DNA from: Phormidium sp.
GTDB taxonomy: Bacteria > Cyanobacteriota > Cyanobacteriia > Cyanobacteriales > Aerosakkonemataceae
Assembly: GCA_051013385.1 (NCBI GenBank)
Contig: CP143273.1
Location: 1 to 64,000 of the forward strand
Reading direction: 5' to 3'
DNA: 64,000 bases
Position 1 is the first letter of the stretch. Each line of letters starts with the position of its first letter. This document shows positions 40,720 to 51,428 of this stretch, in pieces. Both the position numbers and the translations under genes were made by a program. The notes beneath the pieces are model-generated. The model had not been told where the DNA came from, did not search any database, and was given only the letters and a program-made list of their open reading frames with translations.

Positions 40720-41238
40720 ATGCAGGTTGATGAAGTAGTGGAATTTGTCGATCGATCTGTATACGCGAAAACAGGCATACATCTCAATGACTTGCAACGT
40801 GAAATTATCGAGGGAATACTGAAGCGCCAAAAGTATTCGGAAATTGCAGAAAATAATGGTTGTTCAGCAGGTTATACTAAGGATGTCGGTTACAAGTTAC
40901 TGCAAATGTTATCTGATGTCTTTGATGAACCAGTTACTAAAAGAAACTTGAAATCAGTGCTAGAACGACAAGGAAATTTAAAGATTATTTTTAATAAAAA
41001 TACAATTAATGAGCCGCACAACAACATAATTGGCTATATCAATATTTGTTCAGATAAAGCCAATGCAACTCTTGATAAAAGTCAACCAGAGAAGGCTGAT
41101 TTTCACCAGGAAAGTAACAACCAAGCTAATGTGGAAACAATCAATAAATTACGGCAGTTTGGCTTAAGCGACGAACAAATTGCAACAGCGTTAAACTTAC
41201 CATTAGAGGTGGTTAAGCAGAAAAATGGAGAGGGGTGA
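40720..41238 (+). CDS. HTH protein resembling the N-terminal wHTH of cyanobacterial NACHT/AAA-like proteins, plus C-terminal HTH
   Basis: HLNDLQ..IIEG....KYSEIAE...S.GY..DVG..L...LS; GLSDEQIA.AL.LPLEVV. Confidence 0.7.
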   Translation: MQVDEVVEFVDRSVYAKTGIHLNDLQREIIEGILKRQKYSEIAENNGCSAGYTKDVGYKLLQMLSDVFDEPVTKRNLKSVLERQGNLKIIFNKNTINEPHNNIIGYINICSDKANATLDKSQPEKADFHQESNNQANVETINKLRQFGLSDEQIATALNLPLEVVKQKNGEG

Positions 41239-41304
41239 ATTTACTGCTACAGATATTGCCTTGGATGTGGCGATATCTCAGAAGTAATTTAGAGGAATAG
41301 TGAT

Positions 41305-41619
41305 ATGGATCGAGCTAAGAGAGAACGTCTAGAAGCAGAGGGTTGGAAAGTTGGAACGGTTTCTGAATTTTTAGAACTTACTCCAGAGGAAACAGCCTTA
41401 ATTGAAATTAAATTAGCTCTCAGTCGCAGTTTAAAAGAGCGGCGACAAAAGCTAATGAATCAAGATGAATTGGCAGAAAAAAATTCAGCCAGTCAGTCAA
41501 GTATTGCATTAGCTGAAAATGCTGATGATTCCGTTTCGATCGAATCACTGATCCGAGCTATGCTGGCTACAGGTGCAACTCCTAAAGAAATAGGAGAAGC
41601 TATCTCTAGTGTGGGATAA
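41305..41619 (+). CDS. XRE-like HTH regulator / orphan antitoxin
   Basis: KR.RLEA.GWKVG...EFL.L, MNQDELAE...SQS.IA..E. Confidence 0.8.
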   Translation: MDRAKRERLEAEGWKVGTVSEFLELTPEETALIEIKLALSRSLKERRQKLMNQDELAEKNSASQSSIALAENADDSVSIESLIRAMLATGATPKEIGEAISSVG

Positions 41620-41637
41620 AAGCGATCGCAAAAAGCT

Positions 41638-42135
41638 ATGCAAACACCACAAACCGAACAAACACCGGAAACCTCAATGCAAAGTCTTTATGAAACTGAT
41701 TTTTATGCTTGGACTCAAGAACAAGCAAAACTGCTCAAATATCAGCAATGGAATCAGCTTGACTTGCCTAATTTAATCGAGGAAATTGAATCTTTGGGAA
41801 AACAACAACGTGCGGAATTAAGGAATCGCTTAAGGGTTTTAATTGGACATCTTTTAAAATGGGAATATCAAGTAGAAAAACGCAGTCGTAGCTGGTTAAT
41901 GACGATTCGTGTTCAGCGTCGTGATACTCAAGAATTGTTAGCAGAAAATCCCAGTCTTAAACCTTATCTTGAGGAAGCACTGCAAAAGATATATGAAAAT
42001 GGTAGAGATTTCGCATCGGGAGAAACAAACTTGCCGCTAAAAACTTTCCCGGAAAATTGTCCTTACACATTGGCTGAAATTTTTCAGGATGGCTTTTATC
42101 CTGGTGAACCTGCAACCGATGATTTGATGGAATGA
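41638..42135 (+). CDS. DUF29 domain protein
   Basis: LYETDFYAW, LIEEIESLG, HLLKW.YQ, NPSLK, FP..CPY. Confidence 0.92.
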   Translation: MQTPQTEQTPETSMQSLYETDFYAWTQEQAKLLKYQQWNQLDLPNLIEEIESLGKQQRAELRNRLRVLIGHLLKWEYQVEKRSRSWLMTIRVQRRDTQELLAENPSLKPYLEEALQKIYENGRDFASGETNLPLKTFPENCPYTLAEIFQDGFYPGEPATDDLME

Positions 42136-42515
42136 AATGCCTGTACCAAGATGCAAAAAGCAACTTGGTAACAGGACAAACGCAAATTGACACTTCAAAC
42201 GCTACCTATATAATCTCGCTGAGCGATGCTCCAACAAGTAAAGGTTATGCGTAGTTATGCGTACCAAGTAAGAATTATACGAAATTGATAACCAACAAAG
42301 TATAGAAAAAAGGCTGTCTTTATCAACTTTTTATACTGGAAAGAAAACTGTGTTAATTGAGTGAAGTTATCTTACCAATTTGACGAAAAACCATAGCGGT
42401 AAAAGGTACTAATTTATACATTTTAGCCCCTATCCTCAAAAGATCTAGAATTTTGGGTTCTAAATAATGAGAAAATACTAAAATGGCCGTTCATAAATTT
42501 GTCTATTAAGGTATC

Positions 42516-42857
42516 ATGGCTCAAATTCAGTTTTCTAGAGGCATCAATGAAGAAGTTATTCCCGATGTACGGATTACCCGATCGCGGGATGGCAGTAATG
42601 GCACAGCGACATTCTATTTCCAAAAACCGAAAGCACTCAGCAGTACCAGTACAGACGAAATTACTGGAATGTATTTAGTTGATGAAGAAGGCGAATTAGT
42701 AACAAGAGAAGTAAAAGCTAAGTTTATCAACGGTCAACCTGAAGCATTAGAAGCACTTTATGTCATCAGATCTGCTGCTGATTGGGATCGGTTTATCCGC
42801 TTTATGAATCGGTATGCAGAAGAACATGGTTTAGGTTTGAACAAGTCAGAAGAATAA
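42516..42857 (+). CDS. psb28: Photosystem II assembly protein Psb28
   Basis: [44 protein letters not shown]. Confidence 0.97.
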   Translation: MAQIQFSRGINEEVIPDVRITRSRDGSNGTATFYFQKPKALSSTSTDEITGMYLVDEEGELVTREVKAKFINGQPEALEALYVIRSAADWDRFIRFMNRYAEEHGLGLNKSEE

Positions 42858-42921
42858 CATAAAAAACAGGAGGATGAGGTTAAATTTACTACTTCATCCT
42901 TCTTTTAGTGCAGTAAAATTT

Positions 42922-43440
42922 ATGAGCAATTTGCCACATCCCGACAAATCTAAACTCACAGTTAATTGTGCAGTAATTACAGTCAGCGATACTCGTACAG
43001 AGGAAACCGATCGCAGCGGAAATTTAATTAAAAATTTATTACTAAATGCTGGTCATACAGTAGGAGCTTACGCTATCGTCAAAGATGAACCAGTGCAAAT
43101 TGGACAGCAAATGCAAGTTTTGAGTAAACGCTTAGATTTGCAAGCTTTGATTTTCAATGGTGGTACTGGGATTGCGCCAAGGGATACAACTTATGACGCG
43201 ATCGAACAGTTACTCGAAAAAACTTTGCCCGGTTTTGGGGAATTGTTTCGCTTTTTGAGCTATGAGGAAATTGGATCGAGAGCGATCGCATCTAGAGCAG
43301 TAGCGGGGATTTACCAAAGCAAACTAATCTTTTCTGTTCCTGGTTCTAGTAATGCTGTAAAACTCGCAATGGAAAAATTGATTTTGCCAGAACTGGTGCA
43401 TTTAGTAACTCAACTTAACCCTAACTTCGCCCAAATATAG
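42922..43440 (+). CDS. moaB: Molybdenum cofactor biosynthesis protein MogA/MoaB
   Basis: [30 protein letters not shown]. Confidence 0.9.
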   Translation: MSNLPHPDKSKLTVNCAVITVSDTRTEETDRSGNLIKNLLLNAGHTVGAYAIVKDEPVQIGQQMQVLSKRLDLQALIFNGGTGIAPRDTTYDAIEQLLEKTLPGFGELFRFLSYEEIGSRAIASRAVAGIYQSKLIFSVPGSSNAVKLAMEKLILPELVHLVTQLNPNFAQI

Positions 43441-43445
43441 TAGCA

Positions 43446-44144
43446 ATGAAACCAAAGAAAAAGCAGAGAAATAAATTTAGGTTTGGGTTGCGGTTTTTGG
43501 GTAAGCGATCGCTACTCATCGGTTTATTTGTATTATGCTTAGTCTTAGGAATTTGCTTACTCTATAACAGCGCCATTTTATATGCAGCCTCCCAACAACC
43601 AGTAGGCGCTATTCTAGTATTAGGAGGAAGTATAACCAGAGAAATTCACGTCGCCCAATTAGCTAAACAATCACCCGAAATCCCAATTTTAATCTCTCAC
43701 GGTTCCTTAGCTCCTTGTATTTTACTCATATTTCAAAGAGCCGCTGCTCCCATTGATAAAGTTTGGCTAGAAAACTGCGCCAATTCCACCTTTGGAAACT
43801 TCTATTTTAGTTTACCAATTTTCAAACAATGGCAAGTACAAAAAGTAAAACTAGTTACTTCAGCCACCCATTTGCCAAGAGCAATTTGGTTAGCACAAAT
43901 TATGTTAGGTTCTCACGGAATTTGGGTAGAATTAGAAATAGCAGCAGAAACTAAAGGCGTTCCTGGCAATCGCGAATCATTTTTTGTGACTACAGCAGAT
44001 GTAATTCGCGGATTAATTTGGGCTGTTGTCAGCCAATTTTATGAACCAAATTGTACTGATTTAATCCCGCTTTCCCAAGTTGATTTAACAGTATGGAAAA
44101 TGAAAGGGTTTAAATGCGAAAGACAAGCTAATTTAGGTTATTAA
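43446..44144 (+). CDS. YdcF/DUF218 family protein
   Basis: N-terminal TM, LVLGG, ST..N, LVTS..HLPRA. Confidence 0.85.
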   Translation: MKPKKKQRNKFRFGLRFLGKRSLLIGLFVLCLVLGICLLYNSAILYAASQQPVGAILVLGGSITREIHVAQLAKQSPEIPILISHGSLAPCILLIFQRAAAPIDKVWLENCANSTFGNFYFSLPIFKQWQVQKVKLVTSATHLPRAIWLAQIMLGSHGIWVELEIAAETKGVPGNRESFFVTTADVIRGLIWAVVSQFYEPNCTDLIPLSQVDLTVWKMKGFKCERQANLGY

Positions 44145-44158
44145 CTAGGATAAATGAT

Positions 44159-45103
44159 ATGAAAGACAAGCCAACTCTGACAATTGTAACTCCGACAACT
44201 GGAAAATTTTCTGATTATTGGTTAGAACAGTTATTGAAAATTAAAGGAAATGTTGAATTTGTCTTAGTTTATTACCCTAGTGTGCCGATTCGTCCATTAG
44301 ATGATCCGAGAGTTAAAATATTAACTAGCCCCTATAAAGGGGAAATGATGCAAAGATTTGTTGGGTTACTTAATGCTACTGGTGAATATGTTTTAGCTTT
44401 GGATGATGACGATTTTGTGCATCCTGATGTAGTAGATTTAACAACCCAGTATTTTGAAAGATTCCCCGAAAGTTGGATTTTAAGGTTAAAAAAAGAAAAC
44501 ATTGATTTTAAAAATCAAGAACGGATTAAACAAGATTGGGGAGAAATTCCTGATGTTCGTCAATTAGAGATTTGTAAGAAAACTCCAGAAAATCCTTATC
44601 CTTATCAGCAAGGTAACTACAAAGGTTTGTTAGAAGTTCCGGTTATTCCTTTAGACAAGAACTTAGATTTAAAATTTGCATTGTTGCCTTTTACAGGTAG
44701 AAAAGATAATTTAGGCTATCATTTTGAAAATTTCAATAATGTAGTTTGGCGAAACGAATTAGTACAACAAGCACTTGTGGATCTTTCCCAAACTACAAAA
44801 GTAATGGGTGCAATTACCTGGATACCTACATCAGGTTTTGACAGGTTATTAGGCGTATTTGTGCAGGCTAAATATTTCCAAAAAGATGCTATTATTGGTC
44901 ATTGGATGCCTAGTCCAGAACAAATTCGCTATATTGATAAACCTCCAGAATTGAAACCGCCAAGATTTCATGTAATTTCTGATGCGTTGCTAGTTAAAAG
45001 ATACCCGCAATATGGGTATTTATGGAATCTATTTTTAGAGAAATTCTATAACGTACCTAGAACTGTAGCAAAATTTGTCAAATGGAATTACTTCAAGAAA
45101 TAA
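44159..45103 (+). CDS. Glycosyltransferase family 2-like protein
   Basis: LTIVTPT, GL.NA.GEYVLALDDDD (DXD). Confidence 0.8.
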   Translation: MKDKPTLTIVTPTTGKFSDYWLEQLLKIKGNVEFVLVYYPSVPIRPLDDPRVKILTSPYKGEMMQRFVGLLNATGEYVLALDDDDFVHPDVVDLTTQYFERFPESWILRLKKENIDFKNQERIKQDWGEIPDVRQLEICKKTPENPYPYQQGNYKGLLEVPVIPLDKNLDLKFALLPFTGRKDNLGYHFENFNNVVWRNELVQQALVDLSQTTKVMGAITWIPTSGFDRLLGVFVQAKYFQKDAIIGHWMPSPEQIRYIDKPPELKPPRFHVISDALLVKRYPQYGYLWNLFLEKFYNVPRTVAKFVKWNYFKK

Positions 45104-45172
45104 AGTTGCCATCTCCAAGCGAGATCTCCGCGAGATCCCCGACTTCTCCAAGAAGTCGGGGATCTTAAGGTT

Positions 45173-47533
45173 CTATGTGCGAGAAACTACAGATTGAATA
45201 GTTGCTAGAGGAACTTCATAAAAATACTGGCGGCGAAATTGTTCTTCTTGAACAGCTGCTAAGAATTGCGCGATCGCCTCAGTAGCTTCACCATCCAAAT
45301 TTAATGAAGGCAATTTCTGATTATTAGTAATTTGAAATTGTCCATCCCAATTGGTTACTTGAAAACCCAATTTAGCTAAGGTTTCTAAGCCAAAATATAA
45401 ACAAGTATCGCTAATTCCTAATTTTTGTTGTAATTGATCCGGTGTAGCACTTTTTCCGGTACGGCTAAGATATTTGGCAATTCCTACTAATTCTTCCCAA
45501 ACTTGACTAGGTGATATTTGTTTAGGAGGCGGATAAGCAATAGCTAACTTTTTGTTACTTTGCAAAGCTTGGCGAAACCATAATTGTAAATCATCCCAAT
45601 TACTTGGACATTCTCTGACAATTAATGGTTGACTATGAGGACTAGTTGTGGGAGAAAGTTCTGCATCTCGCCAATCTAAAATTCCATCTAATTGAGATTG
45701 ATTGATGTTATTAAATAAATCAACCTTTTCTGCACAAGAACGCACAGCAATTAATCGCACTTCATAGCGTTTTTGGTAGGTGTTAAAATCTAGTTCTGCG
45801 ATCGCATCACAACGCCCTTGAGGAATTTCATCTTTATAATGTCCCCACCAAATCCCCGGAAAGCCAACTTTAGTTGATGAATCTTTAATTACAAAATTAG
45901 TTTTAATGTAGGCAACTTTATTACCAATAGCATCTTTTATATTGTAATTTTCCAAATTTTCAAACCAACAATTTTTAATCATTAACTGCGGTACAGGGTT
46001 GCCCATACCACAAGGTTCTAAAACTTTCATTTCTCGAAACAAATCTTGACCTAAATCAGCCACACTTACCACTAAATCTGCTGTGATGACTCGGTTGAGT
46101 TTACTAGGATCTGCTGCGATTTGTTGCCGTAATTGATGATTAATTGCTTCTGTAAATAAGGGAAGATTTTCCATAGGAAGACTCAATCCTGCGGCGAAAG
46201 GATGTCCGCCAAAACGATGCAACAAATGTGCTTGATCGTTGACTAATTGATAAAGGTCAATTTGGTTAACTGAACGCGCCGAACCTCTGGCGAAAGTAAT
46301 ATTTTCGGCAGTTTCTTCTGGTGTTTCTATACTTAATAAAATAGTTGGGCGACCTGTTTCTTGGGCAACTTGTCCTGCAACTAAACCTAAAACTCCCACA
46401 GGCCAACCTACTTCTGTTAAGACAATTATACTAGTAGTTGATAAGTCTAATTGCGCTAATTTTTGCCATACTTGTTTTTCTACATCTTTCTGTAATGCTT
46501 TGCGGCGAGAGTTAGCTAATTCGGTTTCTGAAGCTAATTTTTCTATCAGTTTTAAGTCGCGACTAGTGAGCAATTCTACGCAAAAAGTAGCATCTCCTTG
46601 AATGCGGCTAACAGCGTTAATTCTTGGGCCAATACCAAAGGAAATATCAGTTGGTCGATCGCCACTTTTCTTACAAAGTTCCAGTAACCTACCTATTCCC
46701 GGATGTCGCCTTAATTTCGGTGCTTTTTGTAAATCTGTTTGCAGTTTTTCAATGCCTAATTTGGCTAAATATCGACAATCACCACTTAATTGAACTAAAT
46801 CAGCAATTAACCCAATCGCCACTAAGTCTAATAAATCTTCTAATGGTTCTTGTGGCACATTTGGCAGAGTTTGATAAAGCGCTTCTACTACTTTATAAGC
46901 AACAGCAACACCCGAAAGATTAAATAATTGATGATCGGTTGGTAAATTGCGGGGATTAATAATTGCAACTACTGGCGGTCTTTCTGGCAACAAAGTATGA
47001 TGATCCGTGATAATTACATCTATTCCTAACTTTTGGGCAAATTCAATTTCAGTTAAATTAGTGCTACCAGTATCACAGGTAATTATTAATTTAACTCCCT
47101 GTTTAGCCAGTTGTTCAATTCCCTGACAATTCAACCCGTGAGATTCAGTAAACCGATTCGGAACGTAATAAAATAATTGCCTATTTTGCGGAAAAAACTG
47201 TCCTAAACCTTCCCATAAAACAGTAGTAGAAGTGATGCCATCAGCATCAAAATCTCCCCAAATAGCAATAATTTCTTGGTTATTTTTTGCTTTAAGCAAT
47301 CTTGCCATTGCCCAGTTCATTTCCTCACCAAAAGCAAAGGGACTAGCAGGTTTGTAAAAGTCAGGATTTAAATATTCTGCTAATTGTTCAGGATGACGGA
47401 TTCCTCTTTGCCATAACAATTGAGCAGCATAATTACCAGATAATTCTGGTGCTTGTTGTTTAACTGCATTAATTAACCATTCTGGCGGTTGAACTGTTGG
47501 CTGAATTTGCCATTGAGGTTGCTGCTGAGGCAT
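45173..47533 (-). CDS. recJ: Single-stranded-DNA exonuclease RecJ
   Basis: GDFDADG, TCDTG, TDHH, GSARS, FGGHPFAAG, LEPCGMGNP. Confidence 0.95.
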   Translation of the reverse strand: MPQQQPQWQIQPTVQPPEWLINAVKQQAPELSGNYAAQLLWQRGIRHPEQLAEYLNPDFYKPASPFAFGEEMNWAMARLLKAKNNQEIIAIWGDFDADGITSTTVLWEGLGQFFPQNRQLFYYVPNRFTESHGLNCQGIEQLAKQGVKLIITCDTGSTNLTEIEFAQKLGIDVIITDHHTLLPERPPVVAIINPRNLPTDHQLFNLSGVAVAYKVVEALYQTLPNVPQEPLEDLLDLVAIGLIADLVQLSGDCRYLAKLGIEKLQTDLQKAPKLRRHPGIGRLLELCKKSGDRPTDISFGIGPRINAVSRIQGDATFCVELLTSRDLKLIEKLASETELANSRRKALQKDVEKQVWQKLAQLDLSTTSIIVLTEVGWPVGVLGLVAGQVAQETGRPTILLSIETPEETAENITFARGSARSVNQIDLYQLVNDQAHLLHRFGGHPFAAGLSLPMENLPLFTEAINHQLRQQIAADPSKLNRVITADLVVSVADLGQDLFREMKVLEPCGMGNPVPQLMIKNCWFENLENYNIKDAIGNKVAYIKTNFVIKDSSTKVGFPGIWWGHYKDEIPQGRCDAIAELDFNTYQKRYEVRLIAVRSCAEKVDLFNNINQSQLDGILDWRDAELSPTTSPHSQPLIVRECPSNWDDLQLWFRQALQSNKKLAIAYPPPKQISPSQVWEELVGIAKYLSRTGKSATPDQLQQKLGISDTCLYFGLETLAKLGFQVTNWDGQFQITNNQKLPSLNLDGEATEAIAQFLAAVQEEQFRRQYFYEVPLATIQSVVSRT

Positions 47534-47563
47534 TTTTATTTCCTTAAATTACCATTTAAACTG

Positions 47564-48217
47564 TTAAGAAATAGGAGGAAGATCGGGATTGTTTTCTAGT
47601 GGCAATTGTGAATCAGTTACCATTATTTTAGTAGCGGCTTCACTCACAGCTTCCGAGGTTTTAGTAGATGGGCGACGGCGCGATCGCTTATATGCAGCCC
47701 TCTCCACTTTTTCCCGTTCATAAGCAATTAGTCTGCCATAATATTCATGTTTACTCAAATTCATCGATAAAAAAATGTGCTGACGGGTATTACCGAAACC
47801 TTTGCGAGTAAAAAATTTAACTGCTGGCGTATTAACTGGATCGGTATCCACCAACATAAAACGCACCCCATCTTCAATCATCCGTTCCACCAGTTTATCA
47901 ACTAATTTGTCACCAACTCCCCGACGTTGAAAATTAGGATTAACTCCCAGCCAGATAATGTAACCATAAGTCCAAGTTGCTTTGTTAATAATTGTACCTA
48001 AAATAAATCCTGCTAATTGTTCATCTATTTCCGCAACTAAACAATATTCTGGATCGGTATTGTATAGTCCGATTACCTCCCATTCATCCCAAGTGCGATA
48101 TAAATAGGGGTACAAATCGCTGGTAAAAATATCTTCCCCCAAATGATACACCGGAGCGATGTCATCTATTTCCATGTTGCGGATATAGATCGAGTTATAG
48201 TTTTCCGCTTGACTCAT
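47564..48217 (-). CDS. GNAT N-acetyltransferase
   Basis: LGV.P.FQRRGVG, N..AV.FF...GF. Confidence 0.9.
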   Translation of the reverse strand: MSQAENYNSIYIRNMEIDDIAPVYHLGEDIFTSDLYPYLYRTWDEWEVIGLYNTDPEYCLVAEIDEQLAGFILGTIINKATWTYGYIIWLGVNPNFQRRGVGDKLVDKLVERMIEDGVRFMLVDTDPVNTPAVKFFTRKGFGNTRQHIFLSMNLSKHEYYGRLIAYEREKVERAAYKRSRRRPSTKTSEAVSEAATKIMVTDSQLPLENNPDLPPIS

Positions 48218-48304
48218 AAATCAATGATGATCTTTTCTATTACTTAGCTTAAATCTATAATAGATTTAATTGCCTACTTTACTATCATAGTCTGCTGCTG
48301 AATT

Positions 48305-48964
48305 ATGAATAGCCTAACTTCATTATTAGATAAACCAGTAATTTCCCAATGGCAACCCGCTACATGGGAAGATTATCTAGCTGCTTGCGAAGATCCGAAT
48401 TTGGAATCAGCTAGAATATTTTTTTATGAAGGCTATCTTTTAATTGAAATGGGTAACGAAGGAATCAACCACGCTAGATTTAACTCTTTGCTGACAATGA
48501 TATTTGTCCTCTGGTTTAGCAGCAAAGGAGGACAAGCTTTTGATGATCTAGGAGGGTGCGTAATTGAAAAGCCAAATGTGGGTGGGGGTGCGCCCGATCG
48601 CGTTTTATACATCGGTAAAGATTTCCCCCAATGGCAAGCAGGAGAACCGCGAAAAATTAACCTAGATAAATGGCGAACACCCGATTTAGTTTGCGAGATT
48701 GCGGATACAACTTTAGCCAATGATTTAGATGAGAAAAAACGGTTATATGCAGCTTTAAAAATCCCTGAATATTGGGTGATAGATATTAAAGGTGAAAGAG
48801 TATTGGCATTTCGATTACAAGATAATGGTAGATATCAAGAATGTGAATTTTCGACTGTTTTGGAAGGATTACCAATTTCTTTATTGTCGGATACTTTGAA
48901 AATGTTAGTGCAAGGAAATGGAATGGCGGCGATGTGGTTTGCTCAACAAATTGCTGCTTTGTAG
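48305..48964 (+). CDS. Uma2 family putative endonuclease
   Basis: ATWEDYL, PDLVCEIADTTL, IPEYWVID. Confidence 0.9.
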   Translation: MNSLTSLLDKPVISQWQPATWEDYLAACEDPNLESARIFFYEGYLLIEMGNEGINHARFNSLLTMIFVLWFSSKGGQAFDDLGGCVIEKPNVGGGAPDRVLYIGKDFPQWQAGEPRKINLDKWRTPDLVCEIADTTLANDLDEKKRLYAALKIPEYWVIDIKGERVLAFRLQDNGRYQECEFSTVLEGLPISLLSDTLKMLVQGNGMAAMWFAQQIAAL

Positions 48965-49020
48965 TCAGTTAAAACTGGAAATGCTATGATAAAAAATGCA
49001 AGCTTATCGCTAATTAAAAT

Positions 49021-49668
49021 ATGGGATTACCCACAATTACTGAAGATATCATTTCCCTCGATCCTGGGGATGAACTAATCCTCAGATTTAGAACTTGGGA
49101 AGATTACGAAACATTGTTAAAGCGTCGAGAAGATAAAGCTGGTTTGAGGATTCGCTATAACAGTAAAACCCAAGAAATTAGAATTATGTCACCATTACTC
49201 AAGCATGGAAATCAAGCCGATTTATTAGCAGATTTGGTGAAAGCGTTACTAAGACATATCGGGAAAGACTGGCAATCTTTTACCCCAGTTACGTTGAAGC
49301 GAATTAACCAACAAGGAATCGAACCGGATTACTGTTTTTATATAGACAATCGCGATGGCATTTTAGGAAAAGAACGCATTGATTTAGAAACAGATCCTCC
49401 TCCAGATTTAGCCATTGAAATTGACCTAAGTTGCACCAATAAACCGGAAGATTATCAAGCAATTTCACCTGTAGAAGTTTGGGTTTATCGCCAAAATCAA
49501 CTATTAATTTATCATTTCGATTCCCAACAGTATCAAGAATCTCAAATTAGCCGATGGTTCCCTAATTATGATCTCAAAACTTTAATTCCGCAATACATCG
49601 ATCGAGGTTGGCAAATTGGTTCTAGCGTGGCGCTGCGAGAGTTTGAAGAAGTTTTGCGATCGCTGTGA
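49021..49668 (+). CDS. Uma2 family putative endonuclease
   Basis: TWEDYE, IMSP...H, EPDYCFY, PPPDLAIEID. Confidence 0.9.
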   Translation: MGLPTITEDIISLDPGDELILRFRTWEDYETLLKRREDKAGLRIRYNSKTQEIRIMSPLLKHGNQADLLADLVKALLRHIGKDWQSFTPVTLKRINQQGIEPDYCFYIDNRDGILGKERIDLETDPPPDLAIEIDLSCTNKPEDYQAISPVEVWVYRQNQLLIYHFDSQQYQESQISRWFPNYDLKTLIPQYIDRGWQIGSSVALREFEEVLRSL

Positions 49669-49761
49669 ATAGATTTGAAGATGCAAGTTTATAATGCTAG
49701 GTAAATTACCGTTACACCAAAGTACTGATATGCAAATTACGCTATCGTCAAATAAATAGAA

Positions 49762-50127
49762 ATGGTTGAGAGCAATTTACGACAACAAATTTCACAAATA
49801 GCTATTGGCTTTCAGCTGTTTGAATGTAATGCCTGCGCTTTGGCTATCCAAGAGTTTTTAATTCAAAGACGCATTGCTGGTAAACAAGTAAAAATTTACA
49901 CGGGCAATGCTGAAGGAAAATTTGGTAATATATACCATGATGACTTGCAACAAAATATTGCCACAAATGGACACCATGAAGGAATTGCAGTTGAAATAGA
50001 TGGTATAGAAGTAATTTTTGATAATATCCATCAAGAAGGAATTCCTAGACAAGATTGGCTGGCAAAGTTTTATTGTTTGGCGCTCGATCTGGGTGGTCAA
50101 TTTGAGATTACAGAGATTGAATTTTAA
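49762..50127 (+). CDS. Papain-fold toxin domain protein (Tox-PL-2-like)
   Basis: ECNACA (Cys), IATNGHHEG (His), IFDNIH.EG. Confidence 0.75.
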   Translation: MVESNLRQQISQIAIGFQLFECNACALAIQEFLIQRRIAGKQVKIYTGNAEGKFGNIYHDDLQQNIATNGHHEGIAVEIDGIEVIFDNIHQEGIPRQDWLAKFYCLALDLGGQFEITEIEF

Positions 50128-50146
50128 TTAATCAGGAGAGAGCTAG

Positions 50147-50521
50147 ATGTTAGAGTTGTACGATTTGCTAGGAAAAATTAAGCAAAGACCATCTTTATAT
50201 TTGGGAAAGCGATCGCTCAGTCACCTCCATGTTTTCCTAGATGGCTATAGCTTTGCCTGCCGTCAGATTGGCATCCCAGTAACCGAACAAGAAAAAGATT
50301 TTGAGGAATTTCAAGAATGGATAGAACATCGATTTAACCAAGCAAATACTCAATCTTGGAGTCGGATTATTCTTTTTTATGCAGAAGATGAAGCAGATGC
50401 ACTGAATCGCTTTTTTGAGTTATTTGAAGATTTTTTGCAACGGAAAAAGTTGCCAAAAGGTGAGGAAATAACTAATTTGGAAATGCCAGATGAAGTTAGG
50501 ATTGTAGCGGGGAATAGTTGA
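50147..50521 (+). CDS. Putative immunity protein
   Basis: IK.RP.LYLG..SL..L..FL.GY, F.EW, SW..II, AL..FF.LF.DF; directly downstream of the toxin. Confidence 0.65.
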   Translation: MLELYDLLGKIKQRPSLYLGKRSLSHLHVFLDGYSFACRQIGIPVTEQEKDFEEFQEWIEHRFNQANTQSWSRIILFYAEDEADALNRFFELFEDFLQRKKLPKGEEITNLEMPDEVRIVAGNS

Positions 50522-50539
50522 GGACTATGTTGATAGTGA

Positions 50540-50610
50540 AAGAGCGATCGCACCATTAGAAGAGAGTGAGTGCGATCTCTTTTGGAATAAGTGGACGAGA
50601 GAGCGATCGC
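50540..50610. repeat. HIP1-rich direct repeat, copy 1
   Basis: aagagcgatcgcac...gagagtgagtgcgatctcttttgg...gagagagcgatcgc; matches 51429-51498. Confidence 0.8.
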
Positions 50611-50634
50611 ATCCAATCCTTAAAAGAATCACAC

Positions 50635-50844
50635 TCATAGTAAATCTTCTTCAGATAACTGTGCTATTTTCATTAAAGCTCTCAATGTTCCTACTTTCAA
50701 ATCTTGATTGCGGTGAACAGGTATTGACAAAATTTGTTCTAATTCTGGGTTCTCATAAATATGATGACTGCCAGTAATTCTTTTTAAAATCCAACCTTTC
50801 TGCTCTACAATTTTGCACAGTTGCTTGCCAGAAATAGATTTCAT
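50635..50844 (-). CDS. hicA: HicA family toxin
   Basis: GW...R..GSHHIY, IPVH...DLK.GTL. Confidence 0.92.
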   Translation of the reverse strand: MKSISGKQLCKIVEQKGWILKRITGSHHIYENPELEQILSIPVHRNQDLKVGTLRALMKIAQLSEEDLL

Positions 50845-51044
50845 ACAGCAATTTCCACAACTTGATCTGTAGAAGCAATTGCTTCACGACTATTTGCAAC
50901 TTCCAACCAACCTTCAATAGCATCTTTTAAATTAGCCATTACTTCTTCGATCGTATCTCCTTCAGTAATGCACCCTGGAAGCGCCGGAACTTCTGCCCAA
51001 TAGCCACCTTCTTCTGCTGGATGAATGATTGCTCTAATTTTCAT
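50841..51044 (-). CDS. hicB: HicB family antitoxin
   Basis: EEGGYWAEVPALPGCITEGDT.EE...N..DAI. Confidence 0.92.
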   Translation of the reverse strand: MKIRAIIHPAEEGGYWAEVPALPGCITEGDTIEEVMANLKDAIEGWLEVANSREAIASTDQVVEIAV

Positions 51045-51095
51045 CTGCTTATTGACTAATTTGTTAAGCATATTGTAGCAACTATCGATCTGATC

Positions 51096-51428
51096 TCATG
51101 AATTATAAAGATAACGATCGTGGTTAATTGCGCCATCTTTTACATCACATTCCACAGAATTTGTACCTAAATTCCAACTAGAAGATGTTTTTTCGACTGA
51201 ATTAGCATCACTTATTACCATGAATTGTTCAGGAGTCAAAACCACATTTTCGTATTCAAATCCTCCCACCAAATGAGAATTAGGAATTGCCAAATCGACG
51301 GCATAACCTTCCGGTTCTTCATAACATTCTACAATTGTTCCTTGGGTATTTTTGGGAATAATTCGATCGTCAAAATCGGCAGGAACATCAATTAATGTTT
51401 AAATTTTATCGTAGAGTTTAGCTTTCAT
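51096..51428 (-). pseudogene. DUF4926-like protein with an in-frame nonsense codon
   Basis: MKAKLYDKI*TLIDVP...IPK.TQGTIVECY..PEGYAVD; TAA at 51399-51401 in the same frame as ORF 51096-51293. Confidence 0.75.
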
